This document shows positions 11,747-25,572 of a DNA stretch of 63,860 bases, in pieces. The DNA comes from Chrysomallon squamiferum. Lineage: Eukaryota; Animalia; Mollusca. Location: contig CM022676.1 in the NCBI GenBank assembly GCA_012295275.1, positions 12,710,141 to 12,774,000 on the forward strand, written 5' to 3'. The notes under the pieces were generated by a model, which was not told the DNA's origin, ran no database searches, and was given only the letters and a program-made list of their open reading frames with translations. Made by a program: the position numbers and the translations under genes. Each line of letters opens with the position of its first letter. The stretch's first letter is position 1.

Positions 11747-14294
11747 TTTTATATTACTGATACTTTTTTATGGAAACTATCAAAAACAAAATAAACTCAG
11801 TTGTTATTACTTGTACCATCATATGTTGACATTAAAAGTAAATAGTGTTTGTAAAGAATGTAATTATTGAAAACTGATAAATATACATAATGTTTCTATA
11901 AAAAGGCCAAGATGCTAAACATGGTGCAAGCAGTAAGTAAATATTTACATATTTAGAAAGTAACACTGGAAAAAAAGAAGAGATAGAAAGTAAATTTTAA
12001 AACAAATTGGATTACAAACCATGATCTTGGGCAGTTTTTGTCTCAATTTATGAATAATGTCCTGAGTTAAGAACTACAGCACCGCACCACGACAAGCTTT
12101 CTTTGACAACGGTTAAGAAAAATGTGAGGTCAAAGTAAGGATTATAGACATGCCCTATAGCAAATATATATCATGAATTAGGGCATTTAGTCTTCGATAT
12201 ACAGTTACAGCCCAGTAGCATTTGCACTAAGATTGTGCACTTGCATTTTTTATAGTGTTGCTGCTTTTATGTGTATATTTTTGGTTATACCCTATCGACC
12301 TATTGACTCCTTCTGCTTCAGTATGGTAAATATCGTAGAACCACTTCTTCTTTTAGACACTCTCCTTTGCACTCACTTTCATAGAATCCATGGTCAGAAA
12401 AAAGAAATTTGGCAAAATACTGCACAAAATGCAAGCACAACACAACAGAGATGATTCTGTGGCGAGGTAACTACATGAAGTAAACGAGGGATGCTGGCCG
12501 GATGTTATGTTGTTCGTTGCACCAACTACCCAGCGGTGTATTTGAAGCTTGCTCGCAACTCAAAGCTAAAAATAGACTGGGCAACTTCTCATAAGTTGGG
12601 GCACTCGTAAGTCAAGGTACCAATGTATATGACTGAAAATAAAAATGGAACACTCCTATTTTGCTCAGTACAGGGCTTAATATTTACTTACTACAAATGA
12701 AATATGCACTGTTTCATAGTTATGTTTGTTGTGGAATAATTGATTAGTGAAGATTGTTATTTTTAAACTGAGCTCAGTTTTCTGATATTATTATGTAGTA
12801 ACACATTGACTATATCTTTTATATTTTTATTGTGTACACACCAATCCTATATTTAGAAGTTTAAAATTGAATTTCAATAAATATACCATAATCAAGTTAT
12901 TAAAAATTAAAATAATTAAAAATTGTATTATAAATTATTGAAAACACTTTAATCCCATTACATTACATCAATTTACTAATTTAATGCATTTGTACAAATG
13001 AAGTATGTAATAAAATAACAGGTTATTTTAATTACTGTGTTTTGATTTGAGATTCTGTGCATTTAATTACCATATCTAATGTGCACTTGATAAAAGTATA
13101 TGCTTTGTTTGTAAATTTGTAAGATTATGGCAGCAAATTACTCTCCAGTTGCCCATGTGAAACAAAAGGAAATCCCATACAATATACAGAGATCTTGATA
13201 TTGACTTGTTTGCATTGCAGAATCCTATTTGTCATTTAAATACAGGTCTGGTTTTAATCTTTTCAAAAGATCAGATGTACTTTATATGAAATAAATCCCA
13301 GAAATGAGCCATCTGCAGTTATCTTACAGCAAGCCCCTGCAATAATGACGTAGTATTAGCCTATTACGATAGTAGTACATGTGCTACCATAGATGTTGTC
13401 CACTACCACAACAGGGGTTCTTCAAGGGGTCTACACAAAATATACATGACAGGCATTTGGGTTCAGTTATCCTGAACTTGATGAATCATTTATTTAGACA
13501 TTTTTATTTCCTTTCCTTTCTTAATGAAATATGGATAACCCTCCAGATCCAGTAGAAGTCAAAAGGCAAAAAGCAAGAGAATGACAAAGTAAATGGAGAA
13601 TGAAGTTAAACAAACATTCTGATAACTAGAAGGATTTAAAAGTAAGGTTGCAGAAAGGAAACAGGCAGAATAAGAAAAAACAACAAGTAATGACCTTAAG
13701 GAAAAAATTAAGTAATAAAAGAATGACAAATTTAGACAGATGCTGCATATGTGCAAAGGCTGAAAAGGAAGGCAGAAACTAAATAGGGCATGGGGATGGG
13801 AAAATACGGCATCACCAAAAAATTGCTTCGTGAAGGAAAAGGATTAGCCTGAGTATCCTATGTGAGAGAACAGCTCAGATGGACAATTGGATGGATATCT
13901 GTCTCTGCCAGAGGTAGATAAAAATAATTTTTTGGCAAATCTTTGCTAGTTTTATGGTTAGTAGTGATTCCAGCAAGTATATACATTAAAAATAATTTTG
14001 GCTTTATATTCCTTTAGAAATTGTCAATATTGAGTTCACTGGTACCATAAAAGTTACCCTTTAGTTTTATACGCAAATGTTACAAGAAGAAACCCAATAC
14101 TCCCATCATAAAAACACTGACTTGGAAATATTTAGATATCTTTGTACCAACCTAAATAGTGACATAATATCAGTTGATTAACATATGACAGCTTTTCTGT
14201 GTGATGAATGCAAGGAGATGTCACACTATAGAGTTCATTTTATATTGCTCAGTTATTTCATTAGTGATTGATTACTAATTTAGACCTACTATAA

Positions 14295-14700
14295 ACCAGG
14301 TATGAATGTGTTCAGCAGTGTTCATTGCTATGGCAGTTTGGTGATGCAAGTGTTGAACACGGAGGTAATGACCTTGTGCTACAGTTATTGTACAGGGTCT
14401 TCCACTTCTGGTTGGTTTTTATGACTGAAACTGCTTGTATCTGTCCCAGTGCACTGAAATGGTTTTTTGATGGACATTTATGTGGTGTGCGACTGCTGAC
14501 TGCAATTCTGACTGCAGGTGGCCTATTGCAATGTTTCCATTCAGCAGGCTTAGTCTCACCATCTTGTAACAACTGCCTTAATTGAAACGGAAATAAGACA
14601 TGATTATGAGCATTGTAGCTTTAAATATCCACCAGTATTGCATTCCATGCCACTGAGTTTCATGTGCATTCACCAAAACTGACAATTTCCTGCAATTGTC
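14295..14700 (-). mobile_element. Probable Tc1-like transposase 5' remnant
   Basis: Higher-GC degenerate coding-like stretch resembling a Tc1 HTH region; similar in character to the 33.4-34.3 kb element. Confidence 0.35.
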
Positions 14701-15619
14701 ATACAACGTGTTAGGTGTTTTTTAGGGTGTTAAACACTGCTATGTTATATCTAGTTATATTTGATACTTCATCACTTGTAGTCTCTTTGTTGTTTTTAAA
14801 AGATTAATTTATATGGCTTAACAATACAGGTTTCTAATACAGAAAATACATCAGTGCCAGTTGTAAGTAATATGAAATTTAGACAACACAGCGAGTCTTC
14901 CAACAGTATAGTTCATTTTACTGGTCACAGGATGCCAAAGAAAAACAACCCCAGTGGTGAGTAATTTAGTCCAAATGAGATTGTTGTTTTTATTTATTTA
15001 TTTATTATTACTTTTGTTTTCTTTATTTTGTTTGTTTGTTGTAATTATTTTTATCCTTTATTTTGCTATCTACTAATGGGTTGGAACCTACAATTTGAAA
15101 AGCCGTGATCAAGCGTGTTATGATATGTTTGATTGATATAACCACAAATAAATTTACCTGTTGGACATACCAAGGTAAATTTAAAATTCAACAAAAGAAA
15201 AGAAAATGACTAAATTAGCTGGACACTATTTTATATTCAGAATCAGACTCAGGATAATCAAGATAATTATTTTAACATTAATTTTGATACATTAAATATC
15301 TAAAATATATTTATGACACATAATACACTGTTTTGCCAAGAATTGGTCTCTAAGTGTTCACTGCTAACTGAAAATGCAAATAGATGTTATAGACTATTAT
15401 CATTTTATGATCAATCCTATGGAGACAGCTAGTACTAATAGAAACAGTTCTAACTCCATTAAAAAAGTGGCTGTCTTCAACTTCTTTTCATTTTCTGTTA
15501 TTTCAGTCTCACTTTCCAGATATAGGATAAATGCACAGGTGGACATAAGCCCCCACACAAGGTACAAATGCTACCCAAATTGAAAAATTGCCAAAATGGC
15601 TTTCGTTTCCTTTTCAGGT

Positions 15620-16680
15620 GTGTCCTATAAATTCCTCACAAAGACAATTCCCCATAGACAATTCTCCTCACAGACAGTTCCCAAACCACACATAGTATTG
15701 AGCAGAATTAGTATTTTATTTTATTAAACATTAACCAACAATAATTTTCATTAGTATTGACATATAAAACTGATTGATTTATTTAAATCTTACACAATGG
15801 CCAAATTATGTCTGGGACAGTCTTACTGTTGTCACGCCTGTCAGTGCACAGTTTGTGCAGCTTTGACTGGAGTTTGTGGGTGTGGCTCTTACGTGCTTTG
15901 CTCGTGGCTTACCACACAGGTCACATAGTATGGCAGTGGTACTCTGGGCCTAATATTGCTGTATGCTCTCAAAGGCTGTCCAGATGATAGGGTGTACATG
16001 TCCAAATAGCTTTGCAAAGGTGTTGTTCCATCCCTTGGATATGTTGTTGGTTTTTGATCTGCCTTCAAGAGTAATGGAATTGACGTTCCACATGGGTGGT
16101 GGGTACGTAGGAGGCATGTGATGCATCCTAAGTGGAGGGATGGATCCATCTGGAAGTTGTGGGGCTGAATATGATGGAAGACTCATATATATTGTCAAAG
16201 TAGTCCAGGAGAGGTTCAAGTCCTTCTGCTGTATATTCCCATAGATATGTCATACCAACAGGAACGTCATCCACTAGTAAGAAGGTGAGTCCATCAAGCA
16301 TGCCACAAGAGTTTCACATCCTCCTCTATATCAGTGTACAAGACCAAGAGTGTGGATCTTCCTCCATGCGTCCTGTGTTAGGTGAGAGAAGCAGCCATGT
16401 AGGTTGACGTTGGGGTCCAAAGGATGACGTCATAGCATTAATAACAACTTGCTCAAAGATGATCGTTGTGAGATCAGATTGGAAACAGAGTGCTGTTCAT
16501 CTGTCTTGTATGGCAGTGAACAGTTCCTCATGATGCTTGTTCGGCAGAAACGTATACACAAGTCACAGCCAACTCTCACAATGTTGAATGTTCTGTCAAT
16601 ATACCAGGAGTCAGAACTATTTATTTTAATTATTTTTATGATTTTCATTAAAACACAATACGATGTTTTAGTAACAAACA
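15620..16680 (-). mobile_element. Mutator-like (MULE) transposase remnant
   Basis: Frameshifted ORFs with SDSWYIDRTF (WxxDGTF-like) and WNV...KTNNISKGWNNTFAKLFGHVHPIIW (RTNNxxEGWN...HPxIW motif); subterminal gacaattcccc-type repeats at 15643-15680. Confidence 0.8.
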
Positions 16681-17168
16681 ATAAAAGATAAACAAGAAGT
16701 TTAGGCTAATTTTTTAACACAAAATTCATAGCATTTATTATTTTGACCAGACAGGCAAGGAAACTGTAATAAGTTAAAAACAAGTGTTCAGTAGGTGTCG
16801 CGCATAATTACCCTTGTCAACAACACCCTCTATCTCAGGGAATACACTACTCCTATAAAGTGTTATATAATCTAAGATGTCAATATGGTTACATACATCA
16901 TATCAACCATAACAATGACAGACCCAGGAATTTAATTACGAGTAATCATGCTTGTACATTCTCAACATAACTGTAAAGTAATTAGATGCATGTGTAATGT
17001 AATCACTTCATTTTTGGCATATAAGTAATTTTTTATTTTTTATTTAATTTTTTTTATTATTATTATTTTTTTATATACTTTTTATATAAATGTTAACCAC
17101 TAAATTAAACAATTATGTTGTCGTATCTAGCATACACTGAATTACATTTATTTTTCTGTTTTAGCATA

Positions 17169-17229
17169 ATGTGTCTGAGATTCTGGCTGTTGATATGCAT
17201 TTGGCTAACAAGAGGTGACATTTCTTTAG
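17169..17229 (+). CDS. Gene B signal-peptide exon (MCLRFWLLICIWLTRGDISLG)
   Basis: ttttag acceptor at 17164, ATG 17169, donor G|gtatgt, 61 nt, phase 1. Confidence 0.8.
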
Positions 17230-17334
17230 GTATGTTACTATGACATTTCTTGAATTTAAATTATTTTATTAATTTTAACATATATATATATACTGAATAT
17301 TTTTTCTTTCTCATGCTTTCTTTTTTTTATCATT

Positions 17335-17610
17335 GGGTCATTCAGTGTCAAATCAACCAAAAAACCAGATATTTTAAACCTATATATATTTGTTGATTGG
17401 TATCCCACAGCACCAAATTTTAGGCCAATCATATGGTTTTTGAGATTTTTTCGCCAAAATGGGCGTTGTCACCAACCTTTGAACCCTCATATCTCAGGAA
17501 CTACTGTGCCAATCTTCATAAAATTGGTATTGTTGGAAAGGCAGTTATTATTGTTCAGATTTGAGAATGTTTTGTACACTAACCATTTGACCTTTGTTAT
17601 GACCTTGACA
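17335..17610. mobile_element. Partial copy of the GGGTCATTC MITE family in intron of gene B
   Basis: gggtcattcagtgtcaaat start; ctcatatctcaggaactactg..ccaatcttcataaaattggtattgtt shared with 11176-11746. Confidence 0.75.
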
Positions 17611-19958
17611 TGATGTTGCTTGAAACATAAAAGTTTCAGAGGTCTAATATTCTTTGTTTAGCAGCAATATACATTCATAAATTGCATTTCCATTAAATTA
17701 ACACCTACTTCCCTCACTGCTTCTCACCAATTCAGCAGTCACAAAATCATTCAGTCACTTACTTCCCCACAGTCTTGCAATACTAGCACCATCCTTTTTA
17801 CTCAGAGAGTACATCCGTCCATCCATCAAGAAGATGCAATAGAAGGTGTGTCAATGACACAGAAGTTCCCTTCACTAATCCAATAAATGTCTTCGTTTGG
17901 CCAGTGAAACAACTTACACGGTCTGTGAAGGTGCATGTGAATCATGTTTTGTGGTAAAAGCCAGGGCAAGTCTCTTAGAGGTTATATTCATAGCACTTCA
18001 AGACAGTTTAAATACATGGGATGCCAGTATCATCTAGTTCATGGTAAATTTTTGTTCAGTATATGTAGATACGTTTCAAACCAGACTTCTGCTGAGCATG
18101 TTAGGAGCATGTCAAGTGTGTAGAGGGCTATCCCTAAAATGCAGACTTTTCATCATTTGGTGTGATTATTGCAGGTGTTTTCTTAATCAGATGTGAGGGA
18201 TATGACCAAAATGGGCATTTTTGAATTTGTCATGTGACTTGTTCAATTGTAAAATTTTGTTCAAGTTCAACAGATCAAACCACATGGATCAACCTATAGT
18301 TTTCATCCAAAATTAAATATATTTTTTTAATATAACATTTCAGCCAGAAACTGACAAGATTTCACTAAATTCTACAATTAAGAAAATAAGTTTTGAACAT
18401 GCAAACTGAATGCTGTCATTCCTGTGGAGCATCATGGTAAATAAAATTCAGTGAAAATACCCCTGCATTCTAAATCAGTTAAATCATTGCATTTTCATAA
18501 ACTTTTATAGAACTATTAACAAGACAAAAATAACATTTTATGTTGTGAGCAGCTTAGAGGTCTTCTTGCTTGCCATTCATTAATGATTTCTGAGCAGATG
18601 ATTTTTTGCCGACCCATGTTGTCTGTCTTAAATCTAAGTCATGTCATCTAAATGATGTCATTGAACAATGTCCTTATTTACAAAGTAACTTGTTGTTACT
18701 GTTGCTTCTTTTAAACAATATTGATCTGATTATTTAAATAATTGATAGTACTGAATGTATAGCTAATCCCCATTGTAATTATCAAGTAACTTTCATTTGA
18801 TTATCTTGAAAATTAAAGGAAATACAAGATATTTTTTTGCCATTTTGCCATTGATAAATCATAGAGATCAGATGAACTAAAGGAAAATAAGGGCAATTTT
18901 TGACATAACCAAAATGTCCATAACTTCCTTATTTATTAATATATTTTGATCATCTTGGTGTCATTTTGTTATTTGTTTAGTGCTCTTTTTAATGGAAAAC
19001 GTTTGAAGTTTGATCAGGTTAATATTTTTTTTTGTAACATACTTAGGCTAGTGTATGAAATTCATAACTGAATTCATAATTGGAAGTGCTCAAACTAGAT
19101 CAATACTGCAGTAACCCATATTCCCAACTATCTTCATGAAAATTACAAGAACAGTATAAACACATTACCTCCTAGGAAAAGAATAAGATCTTTTGAAAAT
19201 ATCACAACTAATACTGTAGAGTGACATAAGATCAACACAAACCATCATATTCCTGGAAAAGGCCTACTCAAAATGCAATGACACGTTTAGATTCAAACCT
19301 CACATTGACCCACTAGAAGTAGAAAACGAGGCCAAGACTGTATAAGTCATTACTGTCTCATCTGAATTGAGCCTTGATGCATGCAAACATAACCAAATAA
19401 CTGAAATCATACTATAGTAACCACACCACACACATGCAGCTTAACCACTGGAACAGTATCCTACACAAGAAGATGTAACAGCTCTCTATCTCTGAATTTT
19501 AACCATGTATAATATTTATGGAATGAGCTGGTTAAATGTCCAAGACAGCAACAAACAGTCACAGAATCTTCTACAATTGACTAAATTTATAGGCAGAGTA
19601 GGCTCTTTGATATTGTCAATTTTAACTTCTGAAATCTCACTGAGTGTCAACTGTGAATATCTGAAATATGTGAACATTCTGAACTTTCTGTTGATACATC
19701 TTCAAACAGTATTACATATAATTTGTTTCAGTCGTGGTATTCTTCTTTTCTGAACATTTAAGGACATTTAATGCAAGCTGTGAGTTAATGAAAAATGTTA
19801 TATAATTAGAGAAGGCATAGCACTGATAAACACTATCATTTATAATTTGCTTTTTCTTCTTTTGTGCCTTTCTTTCTTTTTTCTTTATTTAATTTTTTAA
19901 TTTTTAATTTTTAATTTTTTTAATTTTAATTTTAAAAATAAATTTTTTATGGTTGCAG

Positions 19959-20273
19959 GAAATGGAATTCTTACAACAAACAAGAAAACAGCAGTTGTTG
20001 GTCAGTCTCTTACTTTGACGTACACAAGTGATAATGACATTACTGATACCATGAGTTTCAAGAGGAATTCAGTGATAACAGGATTATGCCAACCACTGTC
20101 AGATAGTGGACTTTGTGGTTCTGGAGTTCCTGGAATCAGTGTAACGAGACAATCTGCAAATGTTGTAACTTTGAAGATTTCATCTTTCAGTGAAACAGAA
20201 CATGCAGGAAATTGGACAGTTCAAGAAAACAATATCTTTTCAAATGAAATCATTTTAACTCCTCCCTTTGCTA
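19959..20273 (+). CDS. Gene B Ig1, V-like domain lacking the canonical Cys pair
   Basis: 315 nt phase 1-1; GQSLTLTYTS...VTLKISSFSETEHAGNWTV. Confidence 0.8.
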
Positions 20274-20307
20274 GTAAGTCAGATACATAGGTTAAAAAAA
20301 ATGTATA

Positions 20308-20309
<2 letters not shown>

Positions 20310-20349
<40 letters not shown>
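20310..20349. repeat. (CA)n microsatellite
   Basis: Direct reading. Confidence 0.95.
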
Positions 20350-20354
<5 letters not shown>

Positions 20355-21373
20355 AATGAATGAAAAAGTATGATTATTAAGTATTAAATATATAATATGC
20401 ATCAACAAGGTTATTTTAATGTACAATTGTTTTCATGCTAAAAAATAAAAATGTATTAGATGAGTTAAATTACAATCCTTATTTAAGTACATCTTTAATT
20501 AATGCCTAATGAAAAGAGTTTAAATATAAATTGATATCTCAAAAAAAAAAATGTATTGAAAGTAATAGATTAATTGTGCTTTATTGAGGAAGGAGTATTT
20601 TGGAAACTGTAATAAAAGTCATAAAATGTTCACATACTTTGTTCCTCCAAGAAATGTTAGAAGTGTCAGTTTATTTTCTGTTGAGTTTGCTTAATAACTA
20701 TGTTTAACAATTCTACATATTGTCCCTTAACAAGTTTCAAACACTAAAAGTTATAATTGTAAAAAGAATAAGACATCATTACTATGTCCAGCTAATTGTG
20801 TAGAGAATTTTTCATAATTTTCACATTTTGCCCATATGGCTGTGAGAGACGTTTCACATTTATTAATGACAAAACATTGAAATCCGATCTAAATCATAGA
20901 ATAAATAGCACATTCAACTTTTCTAAAATTTAGAAAGAATTTTCACAGGATTGTTTATTATCCTATGTATCACTGTATGGTACTGTTTTAAAAACCCCAA
21001 GATGTGTAAAACATTAACAGTAGTGATTTGCAAATACTTTTACTGATTTTCACCCTCTAATCTGTCTTTGTGTAGAATGTGACTGTTCACTCCCACATTT
21101 TGAAAATAACTACATTATGCTAAGACAAAATTAAGATTTCATGATAACATTTAAATATGTGGATTTTGGTTTTAAAAGGTAACAGAGCAGCATTAAACTT
21201 TATTCAAGAGAATTAGCAATACATTTATTTCTTGTGTTTTGTGTTTTCTCAATTATTTAAAAAAAGAAGAAAAAAAGAACACAGATAAACTGTTTTAAGA
21301 GCTGTGATGTATAGATACATACAGTCTAACATTAGCAGTCCTTTTCAGATTAAATTTCTGTATTTCTTTTTAG

Positions 21374-22060
21374 CTGTTGTTGATACATCTGTGATTAATT
21401 TCACTGATGCGTGTCCAGTGCAGACAGACATTGATTCTCGGACAGAGTTTTCTCTCAGCATAACGACTGGCTGTGCTTACCCAGCTGTCAACATCTCCTG
21501 GAGGTTTACTGATAAAACTTCTGTGGTAAATCAGCTTTTATAAAGTGATAACTAAACAGTCCTGGAAAGATTAAACTCCAGTTACATTTGATGAATCCTA
21601 TAATATGATACATCACCAAAAACCCCAGAAATGCTGCTCTTTAAAGTCGTACTAATAAATTATTTTTAATTTTTCCAACAAGTGAATCATATCAATTTAT
21701 TTAATTTTATTCATCCTGTATAAATATAATATTTATATTTCAGAACTTGATACCAGTTACTACAACAGATAGTAATTATTGTACAATTACACAAGTATTT
21801 ATAATAACAACACACTTTTGTTTTCTTATTATTATCATATTAATTAAACGAATAGACTGATAATAATATTTCCATGTTATTTTTCTGTTTAAGAACTTGA
21901 CACCAGTTACTACAACAGTCAGTGATGGCTGTACAACTCCACAAGTTAAAACAGCTGCCAGGCTGACTATGAAATATTTAACTGTACAAGGAAAGGTTAA
22001 TGTCACCACTCACCTGATTCATCCCTCTTTTAATAATGTCTATCACAAGTTTATTTCCAG
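21374..22060 (+). CDS. Gene B domain 2, atypical Ig-like domain split over exons 21374-21525 and 21894-22060
   Basis: GCAYPAVNISW|phase 0|NLTPVTTTVSDGC...HLIHPSF; second exon is 167 nt, one phase off from the next exon. Confidence 0.7.
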
Positions 22061-22280
22061 GTAAGTAAAGATTAAATAATCCAAACTATTCTGTATTGTT
22101 GTCAGCTGAAGTAAATGTAAATACTGTTTTGCAATTTTTATGTATGCACAATAACATATAATTAATTACTGATATATATTTATGTAATTATTATGTAATG
22201 ATTATGAATAAATAAATAAATAATATGTTATTAAATGCTCAGTGTGATAAAGTAATTTCATTATTATTTATTTACAACAG

Positions 22281-22594
22281 TACCAGCAAACGAGGTGACA
22301 CTATTAAACTTCAGTTCACAGAATGATAAAATTCAAGTCAGTGAAGGTTTTGTCTCTCTGACATGTGTCACGTCACCTAGCAACCCAGTCTCGTCTGTTT
22401 ACTGGTACAAGAATAATCAACAGATAAACACAGGAATCACCAACATAAATATCACATCAGGTGACCTGACTGTAAGAAAGAGTTCTCTGTCACTCACACT
22501 GACTGAGTCAGATGATGGACACAGTGTTTACTGCAAGGCAGGGATTCCTGGACAAACTCCTGTAACATCCAAACTGGAATACTTGATGTGTCGT
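22281..22594 (+). CDS. Gene B Ig3 (C2-like); 1-nt deletion near 22571
   Basis: LTCVTSPSNPVSSVYW...DDGHSVYC; end reads KTGILDVS in the shifted frame; 314 nt. Confidence 0.85.
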
Positions 22595-22840
22595 GTAAGA
22601 CTTTTAACATTAGAAATTTAAAAATGTTTAAATAACTAAATAATTTCTAAATTAGTTTAATACTTTTGTTTCTATAAAAATTATGCAATTTAACTGTTAA
22701 TACATATTTAACATGGTGATCAATTTCTTATTATTCAACTCGTCTTTAAGTAAGTTTCTTTACTGCTTCTTTTCCTGATCCAGTTTTCAGAAATATCAGT
22801 TACAATTCTAAATATTTCATTATTTGATTAAATTTTACAG

Positions 22841-23151
22841 ATGGTCCATCACAGAATGATGTCAGCATCAGTTTCACAAATGAACAAACTGCAGTTGAAG
22901 GACGACCTTTGACCTTAACCTGTAGAACAGTGACACCTGTTAAATAGACGTGGATTTCGTCTGGAAGTTTAAAGATGGAACTGATGTTAATGGAAGTCAG
23001 GGGGAGAAGAAAGGTTCATCTGGAAACACTTGGTCTCAAACACTAACACTGACACCCAGAAGAGTACAGAATGGGAAGACAATCCAGTGTACTGTGAGGA
23101 ACACACATACACAGACTGAGTCAACAGGAGAAAAATTTCTGTATGTGAAAT
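22841..23151 (+). CDS. Gene B Ig4 (C2-like); frameshift at ~22944
   Basis: GPSQNDVSI..LTLTCRTVTPVK* then VDFVWK..NGKTIQC in another frame; 311 nt. Confidence 0.85.
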
Positions 23152-23305
23152 GTAAGTTTATAAAACATTGGAGCTGGAGATAATACATATTTATTTTGTA
23201 ATGATTTAATTAAAAATAATAAAAATAAAAATAAATAAAAAATAAATTAAAATAATTATTTAAAAAATCAAAAAAACAAAATCACTTGAATATTTGTGGT
23301 TTCAG

Positions 23306-23584
23306 ATCCACCGAGTTCACCTCCAGTTGTTTCAGGAACAACATTTCCTGTGTTTGAGGGTGACACTGTCACCCTGAAGTGTTCTACAATTGGTGGAAAC
23401 CCGAAACCAAATCTGAACTGGACATGTTATAATCCTGTACACTGCTCTGACAGAGAAGAAACCAGAACGTGTACAATATCTTTCATAGCTAACAGGACAC
23501 AGAATAACAAAGTGTGTGAGTGTGTTTCAAGTTGGAAATATGGCGACTACAACGAGAGAAAAAGCAGAAACGTGACAATTCACT
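23306..23584 (+). CDS. Gene B Ig5
   Basis: 279 nt phase 1-1; EGDTVTLKCSTIGGNPKPNLNW. Confidence 0.88.
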
Positions 23585-23724
23585 GTAAGTAATTTTGTTT
23601 CTAATTTATACACATATCAACATACTTTACTGGATGGGTTCAGAATTAGCTTACACAAATATATGCATTGCTTCTGTAATCACATGAAATACCTTTCTGG
23701 TTCTCTGTTTTCTTCAGGTTTAAC

Positions 23725-24082
23725 AAATTAGAGACCCTTTAGAAATCTGTCACAAATTACACAAAAAGCAACATAATTAGATCACTGATTTATTTATTTT
23801 TTATATATATAATTTATGTTAGATAAATATAATTCATTTCCCTATTTCCTCTTTTCTATCAGTACTAGTAATGAAGGATTAATTAAACTTAGTAATGCAG
23901 ATCTAACACAAACAGTGACAAATTAGAAAGCCTTTAAAAATCTGTCATAAATTATACAAAAACAACACAATTACTTCAGTGATTTTCTTATATATATATA
24001 TGTCTTCCATTTCCCCTGTTTCATCCTTTTTTCACTCTAGTAATGGAGGATTAATTATAATTAGTAATGCAGATCTAACACA
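23725..24082. repeat. ~195-bp imperfect tandem duplication in gene B intron
   Basis: aaatctgtca..aatta..ctagtaatg.aggattaatta..ttagtaatgcagatctaacacaa occurs twice. Confidence 0.8.
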
Positions 24083-24596
24083 ATGATTGGTAATTATCCA
24101 ATAGTAATAATATTTTATCTTTCGGTAATTCTTTTGTAAAATCAACATGTTGGCTGAACTGCACTACTTGTTAATTTAGTGTAAACTCACAGGTCTGTTT
24201 CTGATGAGTGGGAAATGAATTAAATGCCAAATTTCTTTTTCTCAATAGTTTAGAAAACATCGCAGTTTCAATGTGGAATATTTAGACCCTGGTTTCTCTG
24301 CATTCCATGAGTCACTGATCAAATTGTTAAATATTTATAACACTGAGCTTGAATTTGTGAATTAAACTTTTAAAATGTTGCTAGGTCAAAAATACAATCT
24401 TCGAAACAATTGTAATAATGACTTTCTTTTTTATGGTAATAAATACATTTTTATTCCATTCACACCTTGAAAGAAGATAATTATAATAATTTTAAAAACT
24501 TACAGATAGCAATAATATGTATACATTATACTGCTTCTTTATTATGAAAAAAAAAAATGCACATTTACATCAATTAAAAAGGGAATTTTTTAATAG

Positions 24597-24884
24597 ATCC
24601 TCCAAACAAACCAACACTTTCATCAGATCCTGAACAGCCATGGCTAGAAAACAGAGGAGGCTCTTTGATTTGTTCTTTACCTGACAGTGGTAAAGGAAAT
24701 CCAGCAGCTCAGTTTTACTGGATTAGAAATGGAACAAACATTCAACACACAGGATTTAACTTGTCACTGATACCTACAAAGGAAGACAATGGAGTCTGGT
24801 ACAAATGTACAGCAGGGAATCTCTTCACAGACAGAACTGGACAACAAAGACCTGTATCTAATAAGATACAACTAAACATTTACT
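24597..24884 (+). CDS. Gene B Ig6
   Basis: 288 nt; PWLE..LIC..GNPAAQFYW..EDNGVWYKC. Confidence 0.88.
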
Positions 24885-25193
24885 GTAAGATGTTTCATTT
24901 TAATTCCAGAAATATAACATTTTGTCTTTTCAGACTGCTATGTTTCCTATAGAAATAATAGAATAAAAAATTATTAGTTTGTTAAAAAGTAAGATCTAAA
25001 TGGTATCAATAACTTTCTAATCTGTTATTAAAAGTTACAACAGGACAACACATATAAGAAATAAACAGTAGTTTAATGTTTATATATATATATATATTTA
25101 AAGATCTTACTTCTTTCTAATAAAAGCAGATTTGTTGCTTGTTTAGTTATTTCAGTGTGTTAATTCTATTATTTCAATGTGTTAATATTTTAG

Positions 25194-25460
25194 ATTATCC
25201 CAGAATCAAAATCACATTTTCAAAATCAGGACTTTATAAAGAAGGTGATAACCTGACCTTGACCTGTACATCAGTCAGCAATCCTAGTCCAGCTGTATTG
25301 AAGTGGACATTTGGTGGACAAGAGCTGGTTAATAACAGAAAGTTAATTTTAACAAACTTGAATAGAACTAATCATGGTAATTATACATGTGAAGCAAACG
25401 TCACCACTAAGGAATACAGAAATCTTGTAAAGTCACGTGACACTGAAGTTGTTGTCAACT
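25194..25460 (+). CDS. Gene B Ig7
   Basis: 267 nt; EGDNLTLTCTSVSNP..W..HGNYTCEA. Confidence 0.9.
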
Positions 25461-25572
25461 GTAAGTATCAGTTTGTTTTGCCTCTAAACTTGTACCTGCT
25501 TATTAAAACAAATTAAAAATATTATTTTATCATTAGTGTAAAACAATAAATTTTAACAATTTTTCTTAACAG

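Noticed and set aside
17700-19040. Possible internal transposase remnant after the MITE end (FHWPNEDIYW on minus strand)
   Set aside because: Too degenerate to assign family or boundaries.
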